From NCBI GenBank assembly GCA_965250005.1, contig OZ252279.1, positions 1,890,001 to 1,922,000 of the forward strand: 32,000 nt of DNA, written 5' to 3'. A program made the position numbers and the translations under genes. The notes below the pieces were generated by a model that was not told the DNA's origin, did not search any database, and worked only from the letters and a program-made list of their open reading frames with translations. Positions 17,902 through 26,926 of the stretch are shown here, piece by piece; the first letter of the stretch is position 1; each line of letters opens with the position of its first letter. This DNA is from Demequinaceae bacterium. GTDB lineage: Bacteria > Actinomycetota > Actinomycetes > Actinomycetales > Demequinaceae.

Positions 17902-18942
17902 ATGAAGAACATGATGCGTATCAGCGCTGTCGCGGCTACCGCCGCAATCGCGCTTGCGGCATGCTCGGCGGCCCCGGAAGAGACTCCGGACCCGACGGAC
18001 ACCACCACTGCTCCTGTCGAGGATGCCTACAAGGCATGCATGGTGTCTGACTCTGGCGGCTTCGACGACAAGTCATTCAACCAGTCCGGCTATGAAGGCC
18101 TCGTGCGTGCTCAGGATGAGCTCGGCGTGGAAATCACGACAGCCGAGTCGACGGATGACGCCGACTACTCGCCCAACATCGACGCGATGATCGCGGCCGA
18201 GTGCGACCTGATCATTACGGTCGGATTCCTGCTGGCGGACGCAACGCAGGCTGCTGCGATCGCTAACCCCGACCAGGACTTCGCAATCGTCGACGCAGCG
18301 TTCTTCGGCGCCGACGGCCCGATCGAGTATGACAACGTCAAGTCGCTGCTGTTCGCAACGGACCAGGCCGCGTTCCTCGCGGGCTACGCCGCCGCGGGCC
18401 ACTCCACGACCGGAACGGTCGCCACGTTCGGCGGCGGAAACTTCCCTGGAGTCACCGACTTCATGGACGGCTTCCTGTTCGGCGTGAACCACTACAACGC
18501 TGAAATGGGCGCCTCTGTAGCCGTTCTCGGTTGGGACGGCGAGGCAGGTTCCGTTGACTCGGGCTTCGCTGACCAGACCGTTGGTCAGACCCTCGGTACC
18601 GGATTCATCGAGCAGGGCGCGGATATCATTCTGCCCGTCGCTGGACCGGTTGGCCTTGGTACTGCGCAGGCGGCACAAGAGGCTGGCATCCAGATCATCG
18701 GAGTTGACTCCGACTGGACGCTGACCGCACCTGAGTATGCGGACGTTATTTACGGTTCCGTGCTCAAGCAGATCGGTGCAGCCGTGTTCGAGACCGTTTC
18801 TGAGGCCACGTCGGCTTCGGGCTTCTCGAATTCCGCCTACATCGGAACGCTGGAGAACGATGGTGTTGGACTGGCCGGCATCACCGGTGACTTCGCCGAT
18901 CTGATCGCCGGAATCGCATCGGGCGCTATCGCCACAAAGTAG
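17902..18942 (+). CDS. BMP-family (basic membrane protein / nucleoside-type) ABC transporter substrate-binding lipoprotein
   Basis: Lipobox LAAC; CMVSDSGGFDDKSFNQSGYEGLVRAQDELG, PDQDFAIVDAAFF, GYAAAGHSTTGTVATFGG; followed by the matching ABC ATPase and permease genes. Confidence 0.95.
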   Translation: MKNMMRISAVAATAAIALAACSAAPEETPDPTDTTTAPVEDAYKACMVSDSGGFDDKSFNQSGYEGLVRAQDELGVEITTAESTDDADYSPNIDAMIAAECDLIITVGFLLADATQAAAIANPDQDFAIVDAAFFGADGPIEYDNVKSLLFATDQAAFLAGYAAAGHSTTGTVATFGGGNFPGVTDFMDGFLFGVNHYNAEMGASVAVLGWDGEAGSVDSGFADQTVGQTLGTGFIEQGADIILPVAGPVGLGTAQAAQEAGIQIIGVDSDWTLTAPEYADVIYGSVLKQIGAAVFETVSEATSASGFSNSAYIGTLENDGVGLAGITGDFADLIAGIASGAIATK

Positions 18943-18958
18943 TAACAAGTAGATCAAG

Positions 18959-18995
18959 CGAGGGGCGTGCTGCGTAGACCGCAGCACGCCCCTCG
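18959..18995 (+). terminator. Strong hairpin (16-bp perfect stem, 5-nt loop) after the substrate-binding protein gene
   Basis: CGAGGGGCGTGCTGCG (18959-18974) - TAGAC - CGCAGCACGCCCCTCG (18980-18995), followed by TGTTT. Lies 17 nt after the stop and before the ATPase gene. Confidence 0.8.
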
Positions 18996-19047
18996 TGTTT
19001 GACTGGCACGAAGCACCATCGATTGCGCGAGCGAGCGGAGGCTGGAC

Positions 19048-20559
19048 GTGAAACTCGAATTAAAGGGCATCACCAAGCGATTCGGGGCGTTCACCGCCAA
19101 TGACGCAATTGACTTAGTAGTTGAGCCAGGTCAAGTGCACGCGCTGCTCGGCGAAAATGGCGCAGGCAAGTCAACGCTCATGAATGTGCTGTTCGGCTTG
19201 TACGACGCCGATGCAGGCCAGATCCTCCTCGACGGAAAAGCTGTCGACTTCGACGGCCCCGGCGACGCGATGTCCGCAGGCATCGGCATGGTCCACCAGC
19301 ACTTCATGCTGGTGCCCCCGTTTACCGTGGCCGAGAATGTGATGCTCGGCCACGAGGACAGCGGTCGGGGCGGGATGCTCGACTTTGACGCCGCCCGCCG
19401 CCGCGTCAACGAGCTGTCCACCAAGTTTGGTTTCGACGTCGATCCCGACGCTGTCGTCGAGAACCTGCCCGTCGGAGCTCAGCAACGCGTAGAGATCATC
19501 AAGGCCCTGTCCCGTGACGCCAAGGTGCTCATCCTCGATGAGCCCACTGCCGTCCTGACCCCTCAAGAGACCGATGAACTGCTCGGAATCATCAAGGAGC
19601 TCGCCAAGTCTGGGACCGCGATTGTGCTCATCACCCACAAGCTCCGCGAGGTCAAGGCTGTCGCGGACACGGTCACCGTGATTCGCCGCGGCAAGGTGGT
19701 GGGGACAGCCAAGCCCTCCGCCACGCGTGAGAAGCTCGCGTCCTTGATGGTTGGGCGCGACGTCTCGATGACCGTCGACAAGTCGAAGGCGAAGCCCGGA
19801 AAGGCCATGCTTGAGGTGTCTCGCTTGAGCGTCATTGATGAGGCCGGCGTTGCGCAGCTCCGCAACGTGTCGTTCGATGTTCATGCAGGCGAGATTTTCG
19901 CGATCGCGGGGGTCCAAGGCAATGGGCAGACGGAACTCACGGAGGCCCTGCTCGGGCTGTCGCGACCGGTGTCTGGTCGGGCCAAGCTCGACGGCGAGGT
20001 CATCACCGGCAAGTCCATCAAAGAAGTGCTGCTCTCGGGCGTCGGGTTTGTTCCCGAGGACCGCACCGAGGACGGCATAGTCTCCACCTTCACGCTCGAA
20101 AACAACCTTGTCCTAGATGTGCACGATCAGCCCCCATTCGCGCGCGGCCTCGCACTCCAGATGGACCAAATTGTCGAGCACGCTGCGCGGCTCATCGAGG
20201 AGTTCGACGTGCGGACCACGAGTCCGCGGGCGACCGGCGGATCGCTGTCCGGTGGAAACCAGCAGAAGCTAGTGCTCGCCCGCGAGATTTCGCGTCCCCT
20301 CAAGCTCCTTATTGCCTCGCAACCCACGCGCGGGCTCGACGTGGGCTCTATCGAGTTTGTGCACAAGCGAATAATCGCCGAGCGGGATTCCGGAGTCGCC
20401 GTCCTCATCGTCTCGAGTGAACTCGACGAGGTCACGGCGCTGGCCGATCGAATCGCCGTCATGTATCACGGGCAAGTTGTCGGCATTGTCCCGCCCACCA
20501 CGAGCCGCGACAAACTTGGACTCATGATGGCCGGCGCAACCGAGGGAGCTAGGGCATGA
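19048..20559 (+). CDS. Nucleoside-type ABC transporter ATP-binding protein (two ABC domains)
   Basis: Walker A LLGENGAGKSTLMNVLFG; VGAQQRVEIIKALSRDAKVLILDEPTAVLTPQE; second domain GVQGNGQTELTEALLG, LSGGNQQKLVLAREI. GTG start with GGAGG-like RBS. Confidence 0.96.
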   Translation: MKLELKGITKRFGAFTANDAIDLVVEPGQVHALLGENGAGKSTLMNVLFGLYDADAGQILLDGKAVDFDGPGDAMSAGIGMVHQHFMLVPPFTVAENVMLGHEDSGRGGMLDFDAARRRVNELSTKFGFDVDPDAVVENLPVGAQQRVEIIKALSRDAKVLILDEPTAVLTPQETDELLGIIKELAKSGTAIVLITHKLREVKAVADTVTVIRRGKVVGTAKPSATREKLASLMVGRDVSMTVDKSKAKPGKAMLEVSRLSVIDEAGVAQLRNVSFDVHAGEIFAIAGVQGNGQTELTEALLGLSRPVSGRAKLDGEVITGKSIKEVLLSGVGFVPEDRTEDGIVSTFTLENNLVLDVHDQPPFARGLALQMDQIVEHAARLIEEFDVRTTSPRATGGSLSGGNQQKLVLAREISRPLKLLIASQPTRGLDVGSIEFVHKRIIAERDSGVAVLIVSSELDEVTALADRIAVMYHGQVVGIVPPTTSRDKLGLMMAGATEGARA

Positions 20560-21758
20560 CCACCAAGAAGCCAGCACGCAACTTCCGTTCGGTTCTGACG
20601 GAGATCACCCAGAGCTCGTCGCTGGTTGTCGCGGTGGCGATTCTGGCATCGCTGCTCCTGGGAAGCCTCCTGGTGATCGCTGTCGACCCGACCGTTGCAG
20701 AGGCCGCCGGCCACTTCTTCGCTCGTCCAAGCGACTGGTTCTCCGCCGCTGGCGATGTCATCGGCGGGACGTTCACCGCGATGTTCGAGGGCGCCATCTT
20801 CAACGCAGGTGGGGAGACGTTCGCGGACAGAATGTTGCCGCTCACCCAGACGCTGACGGTTGCCACGCCGCTGATCTTTGCGGGCCTGGGCCTGGGCGTC
20901 GGCTTCCGGGCGGGCCTGTTCAATATTGGAGCACAGGGCCAGATGATCATGGGAGCCCTGCTCGGTGGCTACATCGGGTTCGCCTGGCACCTGCCCGTGG
21001 GCCTGCACCTTTTGCTCGCTGTGCTCGGTACCGCGATCGGCGGTGCTTTGTGGGGCTTCGTCCCCGGCCTCCTGAAGGCGAAGACGGGCGCACACGAGGT
21101 CATCACCACGATCATGCTTAACTACATCGCACTCAACCTGATTCGGTTTGCGCTCCAACAGGATTCTTTCCAGCGCCCGAACAGCGACTTCCCCAAGTCG
21201 CCCATCGTCGACGAGGCAGCGCAGTACCCGCTCATGTTCGGATGGGTTGACGACATCAACATTCGCCTGCACGTGGGCTTCCTGCTCGCACTCCTTGCCG
21301 CATGGGGCGTGTGGTGGCTCATGGAGCGATCCACGTGGGGCTTCCAGTTCCGCGCGGTGGGCGCCAACCCGAACGCCGCTAAGACCGCGGGCATGAGCGT
21401 CGGGCGCGCGTACATCCTGGTCTTCATCATCGCCGGCGCCCTCGCGGGCCTTGCTGGCTCCGCCCAGGTGCTGGGCACGGAGAAAGCCCTAACGGAGGGC
21501 ATCGCGGCTAGCTTTGGGTTCGATGCGATTACCGTCGCGCTGCTGGGCCGTTCCCGGCCTCTTGGCACGGTGCTCGCTGCAGTCTTGTTTGGCGCGTTGC
21601 GGGCCGCGGGCCCGACGCTCCAAATACAGGCCGGCTTGCCGAGTGACATTGTGCTCGTGATTCAGGCGCTCATTGTGCTGTTCATCGCCGCCCCGCCGTT
21701 GGTGAGGTTCCTGTTCCGATTGCCCAAGCCGGTGCGCGAGGAAGTGGTGACCTCGTGA
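20556..21758 (+). CDS. ABC transporter permease (nucleoside-type, BMP-associated)
   Basis: Polytopic; FNIGAQGQMIMGALLGGYIGF, GAHEVITTIMLNYIALNLIRFAL. ATGA overlap with the ATPase gene. Confidence 0.94.
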   Translation: MTTKKPARNFRSVLTEITQSSSLVVAVAILASLLLGSLLVIAVDPTVAEAAGHFFARPSDWFSAAGDVIGGTFTAMFEGAIFNAGGETFADRMLPLTQTLTVATPLIFAGLGLGVGFRAGLFNIGAQGQMIMGALLGGYIGFAWHLPVGLHLLLAVLGTAIGGALWGFVPGLLKAKTGAHEVITTIMLNYIALNLIRFALQQDSFQRPNSDFPKSPIVDEAAQYPLMFGWVDDINIRLHVGFLLALLAAWGVWWLMERSTWGFQFRAVGANPNAAKTAGMSVGRAYILVFIIAGALAGLAGSAQVLGTEKALTEGIAASFGFDAITVALLGRSRPLGTVLAAVLFGALRAAGPTLQIQAGLPSDIVLVIQALIVLFIAAPPLVRFLFRLPKPVREEVVTS

Positions 21759-23044
21759 CCGCGGTGGCGCAGAAGCCCGCGCCCAAGGTCGAGGACGGCG
21801 CCCTGATCGCACCGCGAAGTTGGAAAGCGCCAATTATCTACGGGGCCGTCGCGCTCATCGCGTTGTTCGCGTTCGGGCTCGGTTCCGCGGCGGGAGTGGA
21901 CACGTCGTTCCACCTCGCACGCGACTCTGACGCGTTCGCCATTCCCGACTTCTCCCTGCCGTCGCGGTCATGGGCCACGGCGCTCGCCCTGATTGCGGGC
22001 GGCCTCGCCGGACTCTCGGCGTGGTCGGTGTGGAATCGCCGACTCATTGGTGCTTGGCTGCCGTCGTTCTTCGGACTGGCGATTGTCCTCGCCCTGCTGC
22101 TCTGGGCCGGGGCGGGCAAGGAAACCACCAACATCAACCTGACAGGGCTCCTCGCTGGAGGGTTGGTCTTCGCGGGGCCGCTGGTACTTGGCTCCCTTGC
22201 GGGCATGATTTGCGAGCGATCCGGTGTCATCAATATCGCGATCGAGGGGCAGCTTCTGTTCGGGGCGTTCCTCGCGGCTGTAGCGGCGAGCGCGACCGGA
22301 AACCCGTGGGTAGGCATCCTCGCCGCGCCCGTTGCCGGAGCGCTCGTAGGAGCGGCTCTAGCGTTGTTCGCCGTGCGTTACTGGGTCGATCAGATTGTGG
22401 TCGGTGTGGTGCTTAACGTGCTAGTGATCGGGCTCACGGGGTTCTTCTTTGGAACGGTGCTGCGCACGAATCCGGAGCTCAACGTGCCGACGGGCCTCGA
22501 CGCGTGGCCGGTGCCACTGTTGTCTCAGATCCCCGTGCTCGGCCCGGTCTTGTTCGACCATTCGCCGCTCATCTACATCATGTTCGCTGTTGTCGCGGTG
22601 CTGCACGTGATGCTCTTCAAGTCTCGCTGGGGCCTGAGGGTGCGTGCGGTTGGCGAGCATCCCAAGGCAGCAGACACCGTTGGAATCAACGTCAACAGGA
22701 CGCGCATTCGCAACACGATTCTTGGAGGAGCAGTCGCTGGACTGGGCGGCGCCTTCTTCACCGTATCCGCGGGTCTCGCGTTCGGCAAGGAGATGACCGG
22801 AGGCAAAGGCTACATCGCGCTAGCCGCCATGATCCTTGGTCGATGGTCGCCCAAGGGAGCCCTTGCCGCGGCACTGCTCTTTGGTCTTGCGGACCAACTC
22901 CGCCGCGACCTGGGAATTATCGGGTCCAGCATTCCGGGCGAGTTCATCAGCATGCTTCCCTATCTCGCCACCATTTTCGCCGTCGCAGGAGTGGTGGGTC
23001 ACGTGCGCCCGCCAGCGGCTGAGGGCAAGCCGTACAAGAAGTGA
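21755..23044 (+). CDS. ABC transporter permease (nucleoside-type, BMP-associated)
   Basis: GMICERSGVINIAIEGQLLFGAFLAA; RAVGEHPKAADTVGINVNRTRIRNTILGGAVAGLGGAFF. GTGA overlap with the previous gene. Confidence 0.94.
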   Translation: MTAVAQKPAPKVEDGALIAPRSWKAPIIYGAVALIALFAFGLGSAAGVDTSFHLARDSDAFAIPDFSLPSRSWATALALIAGGLAGLSAWSVWNRRLIGAWLPSFFGLAIVLALLLWAGAGKETTNINLTGLLAGGLVFAGPLVLGSLAGMICERSGVINIAIEGQLLFGAFLAAVAASATGNPWVGILAAPVAGALVGAALALFAVRYWVDQIVVGVVLNVLVIGLTGFFFGTVLRTNPELNVPTGLDAWPVPLLSQIPVLGPVLFDHSPLIYIMFAVVAVLHVMLFKSRWGLRVRAVGEHPKAADTVGINVNRTRIRNTILGGAVAGLGGAFFTVSAGLAFGKEMTGGKGYIALAAMILGRWSPKGALAAALLFGLADQLRRDLGIIGSSIPGEFISMLPYLATIFAVAGVVGHVRPPAAEGKPYKK

Positions 23045-23445
23045 CTAGCGCAGAGGGCATCAACTGGGAGACGCTGCGCGATGCGGCGCGCGAGGTGGCG
23101 AAGAGCGCGTACGCGCCGTACTCGAACTATCCGGTTGGCGCAGCGGGCCTCACCGCCGACGGCCGCGTAATCGCCGGGTGCAATGTGGAGAACGCGAGTT
23201 ACGGGCTCACCCTGTGCGCGGAGTGCTCGGTGGTTTCTCAGTTGCACGCGACAGGCGGCGGGAGGCTCGTCGCGCTCGCGGCTGTCGACGGTGAAGGAGC
23301 ACCACTCACCCCGTGTGGCCGCTGTCGCCAATTGCTGTTTGAGCACGGCGGCCCCGGTCTACTCGTTGACTCCGAGCACGGCCACACGACAATAGCCAGG
23401 CTCTTGCCCGACGCGTTCGGGCCCGATCACTTGGAGCAAGAATGA
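23041..23445 (+). CDS. cdd: Cytidine deaminase
   Basis: YAPYSNYPVGAAG, GCNVENASYGLTLCAECSVVSQL, PCGRCRQLLFE. GTGA overlap upstream. Confidence 0.95.
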   Translation: MTSAEGINWETLRDAAREVAKSAYAPYSNYPVGAAGLTADGRVIAGCNVENASYGLTLCAECSVVSQLHATGGGRLVALAAVDGEGAPLTPCGRCRQLLFEHGGPGLLVDSEHGHTTIARLLPDAFGPDHLEQE

Positions 23446-24749
23446 CGACGGAGCAACACGACGCGGTTGACGTCATCGTCACCAAGCGAGACGGCGGGGC
23501 CCTTTCCGACGCTCAGATTGACTGGGTCGTGGACGCGTACACGCGCGGCGCCGTCGCTGACTATCAAATGGCCTCGCTTGCGATGGCGATCCTGCAACGC
23601 GGTATGACGATGCACGAGACCTCCCGCTGGACGCACGCCATGATCGACACGGGCGAGAAGCTCGACTTCTCGAGCCTCTCGCGTCCCACCGCGGACAAGC
23701 ACTCGACAGGCGGTGTCGGTGACAAGATCACGCTCCCGCTCGCACCACTCGTGGCCTCGTGCGGGTTGGCGGTGCCGCAACTATCGGGCCGGGGCCTGGG
23801 GCACACGGGAGGAACGCTCGATAAGCTTGAGTCGATTCCCGGCTGGCAGGCCGAGGTGACCACCGAGCAGATGCTCGCCCAACTCGAAGACGTCGGGGCC
23901 GTGATCTGCGCGGCAGGGTCGGAACTGGCGCCGGCTGACAAGAAGCTCTACGCACTCCGTGACGTCACGGGAACCGTCGAGTCGATCCCGCTTATCGCGT
24001 CGTCGATCATGTCCAAGAAGATCGCTGAGGGAACCGGCGTGCTCGTGCTCGACGTCAAGGTGGGGTCGGGCGCATTCATGAAGGACCTCGCTGGTGCTCG
24101 CGAGCTCGCGCGCGAGATGGTCGCGCTTGGCACCGACGCCGGCGTCACCACGTCGGCGCTACTCACGGATATGTCGACGCCGCTTGGCCGCACGATCGGC
24201 AATGCGCTTGAGGTGGTCGAGTCGGTCGAGGTGCTCGCGGGCGGCGGCCCGGACGACGTGGTCGAACTCACCGTTGCGCTCGCACGCGAGATGCTGGACC
24301 GAGCCGGCATGACCGCGAAAGATCCAGCCGCCGCACTGACAGACGGCACGGCGATGGATTCCTGGAGGGCGATGATCTCGGCACAGGGCGGCGATCCAGA
24401 TGCGCCGCTGCAGAAGGCCCGGCACTCTGACGACGTCACGGCCACTGCTGACGGAGTCGTTACTCGAATGGACGCACTTGGAGTGGGGGTGGCCGCTTGG
24501 CGTCTCGGCGCTGGCCGCGCGCGCAAGGAAGACGACGTGCAAGAAGGCGCCGGGATATTCCTTCACAAACAACTGGGCGACACTGTCAAGGCGGGCGAAC
24601 CGATCATGACCCTGTACTCGGATGACGAACCGCGCTTCGCCCGTGCCCACGCCGCGCTCGCCGAGGCGTGCGGAGGCGAGGGGGCCCTCGCGATCGGCGC
24701 GAAAGCTCCGGAGCGCACGATCATCCTCGACCGGGTGAACCCGGTCTAG
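23442..24749 (+). CDS. deoA: Thymidine / pyrimidine-nucleoside phosphorylase
   Basis: KHSTGGVGDKITLPLAPLVASCGLAVPQLSGRGLGHTGGTLDKLESIPGW; ATGA overlap with cdd. Confidence 0.96.
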   Translation: MTTEQHDAVDVIVTKRDGGALSDAQIDWVVDAYTRGAVADYQMASLAMAILQRGMTMHETSRWTHAMIDTGEKLDFSSLSRPTADKHSTGGVGDKITLPLAPLVASCGLAVPQLSGRGLGHTGGTLDKLESIPGWQAEVTTEQMLAQLEDVGAVICAAGSELAPADKKLYALRDVTGTVESIPLIASSIMSKKIAEGTGVLVLDVKVGSGAFMKDLAGARELAREMVALGTDAGVTTSALLTDMSTPLGRTIGNALEVVESVEVLAGGGPDDVVELTVALAREMLDRAGMTAKDPAAALTDGTAMDSWRAMISAQGGDPDAPLQKARHSDDVTATADGVVTRMDALGVGVAAWRLGAGRARKEDDVQEGAGIFLHKQLGDTVKAGEPIMTLYSDDEPRFARAHAALAEACGGEGALAIGAKAPERTIILDRVNPV

Positions 24750-24763
24750 ATTCGGCCGTACTC

Positions 24764-25792
24764 ATGGGCTGGCAACTGACAACGGCGCTCGCGCGCGCAG
24801 GCCGTGCGCTGGGTCTACGCCGACGCTGGAGTGGCGAACGCGCCCTGGGGCTGACTCAGCGGCGCTCCAAGGGCAGAGCCGACGTCTTCAACCGCGCGCA
24901 CGCCCGCGCGCTGGCGGCCCTGTCGGAGGACGATCGATTTGCCGCATCCAAGGCCATGGTCGACCTTGATCCGAGCGCCCGCGGCCCCGTCGAACGCGTG
25001 CTCGCCACGGGCGTCCCTGCCGCAGTAGTGATCGAGTTTGCTCACGCCTGGGAGTCGCTGGGCGCCACAGAGAAGTCGCTCGCGACGGATCCCGTCGGCC
25101 GGTCCACGCCAGGGCCGGTCGCGTGGGGCGCAACCGAGGCGTGCCAGGTGGATTCGACCACGTGCGGCGCCGCGGCAATGGCGATGATGCTCATGATCGG
25201 CGACCCGCTCGTGGGTGTGTGGGTGGCCAGTGGGAGGGTCATTCACAACCATCGGCCACCTGAGGTCGAGCGCATGGCGAACGCAGCCACGCTCACCTCG
25301 ATTGAGTCTAGGTGGGGGGCGTTGCAGCGGTCCATCCACGCGTCGACGACGCGACGGGGACTGGGATTTTTGCCATGGCCCCGCTCGCTAGGGACGCCGC
25401 CGTGGCGCGTCAACAACCAGACCCGATTTCTAGGACTCGGCTTTCGCGGTGCGGTCGTGGACGACACTGACCGGGAGGACCTCAGCGCGCTCTTGTCGCA
25501 CGCGACCGCGGCTATCAACGACGGCATCCCTGTGCCGGTCTACGCGTCGGGGGACTCTGGGCGCGGACTCGACTCCGTGATCCCGCGGCACGTGGTCCTG
25601 TTGACGCACCGCATGGAGGATGGCTTCCTTGCGTACGAGCCCGGCAACGCCGCACTTCACGCGGTTTCAGACCAACAGCTGCGCGATGGCGGGGCCGCGC
25701 TCCGCGCGCTCGGAAACTGGTCGCACGTCTCGTGGATGATTCTGCCCCGCGGACGCCGCCGCCCGGCGCAAGGATTAGCCTTGGAAGCATGA
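24764..25792 (+). CDS. Hypothetical protein with C39-like / papain-like cysteine peptidase signature
   Basis: Start at MGWQLTTALARAGRALG (24764). Contains EACQVDSTTCGAAAMAMMLMIGDP, then RHVVLLTHRMEDGFLAYEPGNA, resembling a Cys...His...Asp/Asn catalytic arrangement. Stop overlaps the add start (ATGA). Confidence 0.75.
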   Translation: MGWQLTTALARAGRALGLRRRWSGERALGLTQRRSKGRADVFNRAHARALAALSEDDRFAASKAMVDLDPSARGPVERVLATGVPAAVVIEFAHAWESLGATEKSLATDPVGRSTPGPVAWGATEACQVDSTTCGAAAMAMMLMIGDPLVGVWVASGRVIHNHRPPEVERMANAATLTSIESRWGALQRSIHASTTRRGLGFLPWPRSLGTPPWRVNNQTRFLGLGFRGAVVDDTDREDLSALLSHATAAINDGIPVPVYASGDSGRGLDSVIPRHVVLLTHRMEDGFLAYEPGNAALHAVSDQQLRDGGAALRALGNWSHVSWMILPRGRRRPAQGLALEA

Positions 25793-26865
25793 CCGTTACT
25801 GACGCACAAATCGCCTCCCTGCCCAAGATTGCGCTACACGAACACCTGGACGGAGGACTCCGCCCGGCCACCATGATCGAGCTCGCCGCCGCGGCGGGCC
25901 ACTGGCTCCCCGCGACCGATGCCGACGAGCTGGGCGCATGGTTCCTCGAGGCTGCGAGCTCAGGAACCCTTGAGTTGTACCTCGAGACGTTCGCCCACAC
26001 GGTCGCGGTGATGCAGACTGCCGAGAATCTCACGCGCGTGGCTCGCGAGGCGGTGGTGGACCTGGCGGCCGACGGAGCGATCTACGCGGAGCTACGGTAC
26101 GCGCCAGAACAGCACCTCGAGGGAGGCCTCTCGCTTCAGCATGTGGTCGAGGCGGTACAGGTGGGTATAGACGCTGGCGTGGCCGAGGCGGCGGATGCCG
26201 GTCACACGGTCCACGCCGCCGCGCTGCTGACCGCCATGCGGCACGCCAGCCGTGGCACCGAGATCGCACAGCTCACGGTCGCCAACCGCGGCAAGTGCTG
26301 CGTCGGCTTCGACATCGCGGGGGCCGAAGACGGCTTCCCGCCGTCGCTGCACGCGGAGGCGTTCGCGCTGCTGCGCGACGCGCACGTGCCCGTCACCATC
26401 CACGCAGGTGAAGCTGCGGGAGTGGAGAGCATCTCAGAAGCCGTCGGACTGGGCGCCGCGCGCCGCATCGGCCACGGCGTCAGGATCCCCGAAGACATCG
26501 AGGGCTTTGAGTCAGACGAGCCCGTGTTCGGCCCCGTCGCTGCATTCGTACGCGACAACCGGATCCCCCTCGAACTATGCCCGTCTTCCAACGTACAGAC
26601 GGGCGCAGCGCCGTCCGTTGCAGGGCACCCCATTACGCGCCTACGCGACTTGGGCTTCGCCGTGACCATCAACTCAGACAACCGGTTGATGTCCGGAACA
26701 TCCCTGTCGCGCGAGATGTCGCTGCTCGCGTCCGAAGCCGGCTGGGGGCTCGCCGACCTCGAACTCGCGACTCTCGACGCCGCATGGGCCGCATTCCAGC
26801 CGCACGACGTGCGACAAGCCCTTGTCCACGCCGTATTCGAGGCGTATATGGGTATCGAGGAGTAG
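25789..26865 (+). CDS. add: Adenosine deaminase
   Basis: LPKIALHEHLDGGLRP, ELRYAPEQHLEGG, VTIHAGEAAG, RIGHGVRI, PLELCPSSNVQTGA, VTINSDNRLMSGTSLSRE. Confidence 0.96.
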   Translation: MTVTDAQIASLPKIALHEHLDGGLRPATMIELAAAAGHWLPATDADELGAWFLEAASSGTLELYLETFAHTVAVMQTAENLTRVAREAVVDLAADGAIYAELRYAPEQHLEGGLSLQHVVEAVQVGIDAGVAEAADAGHTVHAAALLTAMRHASRGTEIAQLTVANRGKCCVGFDIAGAEDGFPPSLHAEAFALLRDAHVPVTIHAGEAAGVESISEAVGLGAARRIGHGVRIPEDIEGFESDEPVFGPVAAFVRDNRIPLELCPSSNVQTGAAPSVAGHPITRLRDLGFAVTINSDNRLMSGTSLSREMSLLASEAGWGLADLELATLDAAWAAFQPHDVRQALVHAVFEAYMGIEE

Positions 26866-26926
26866 CGATGGCCGCGCGGTCGGTCACTAGCGGCTCATGG
26901 GTGAACCAGTGGCGGCTGGCCCTGCT

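Noticed and set aside
24668-24763. Upstream extension of the C39-like ORF (MRRRGGPRDRRESSGAHD...)
   Set aside because: It would overlap the end of deoA by about 80 nt and has unstructured Arg-rich composition. The ATG at 24764 gives a sensible 14-nt gap.
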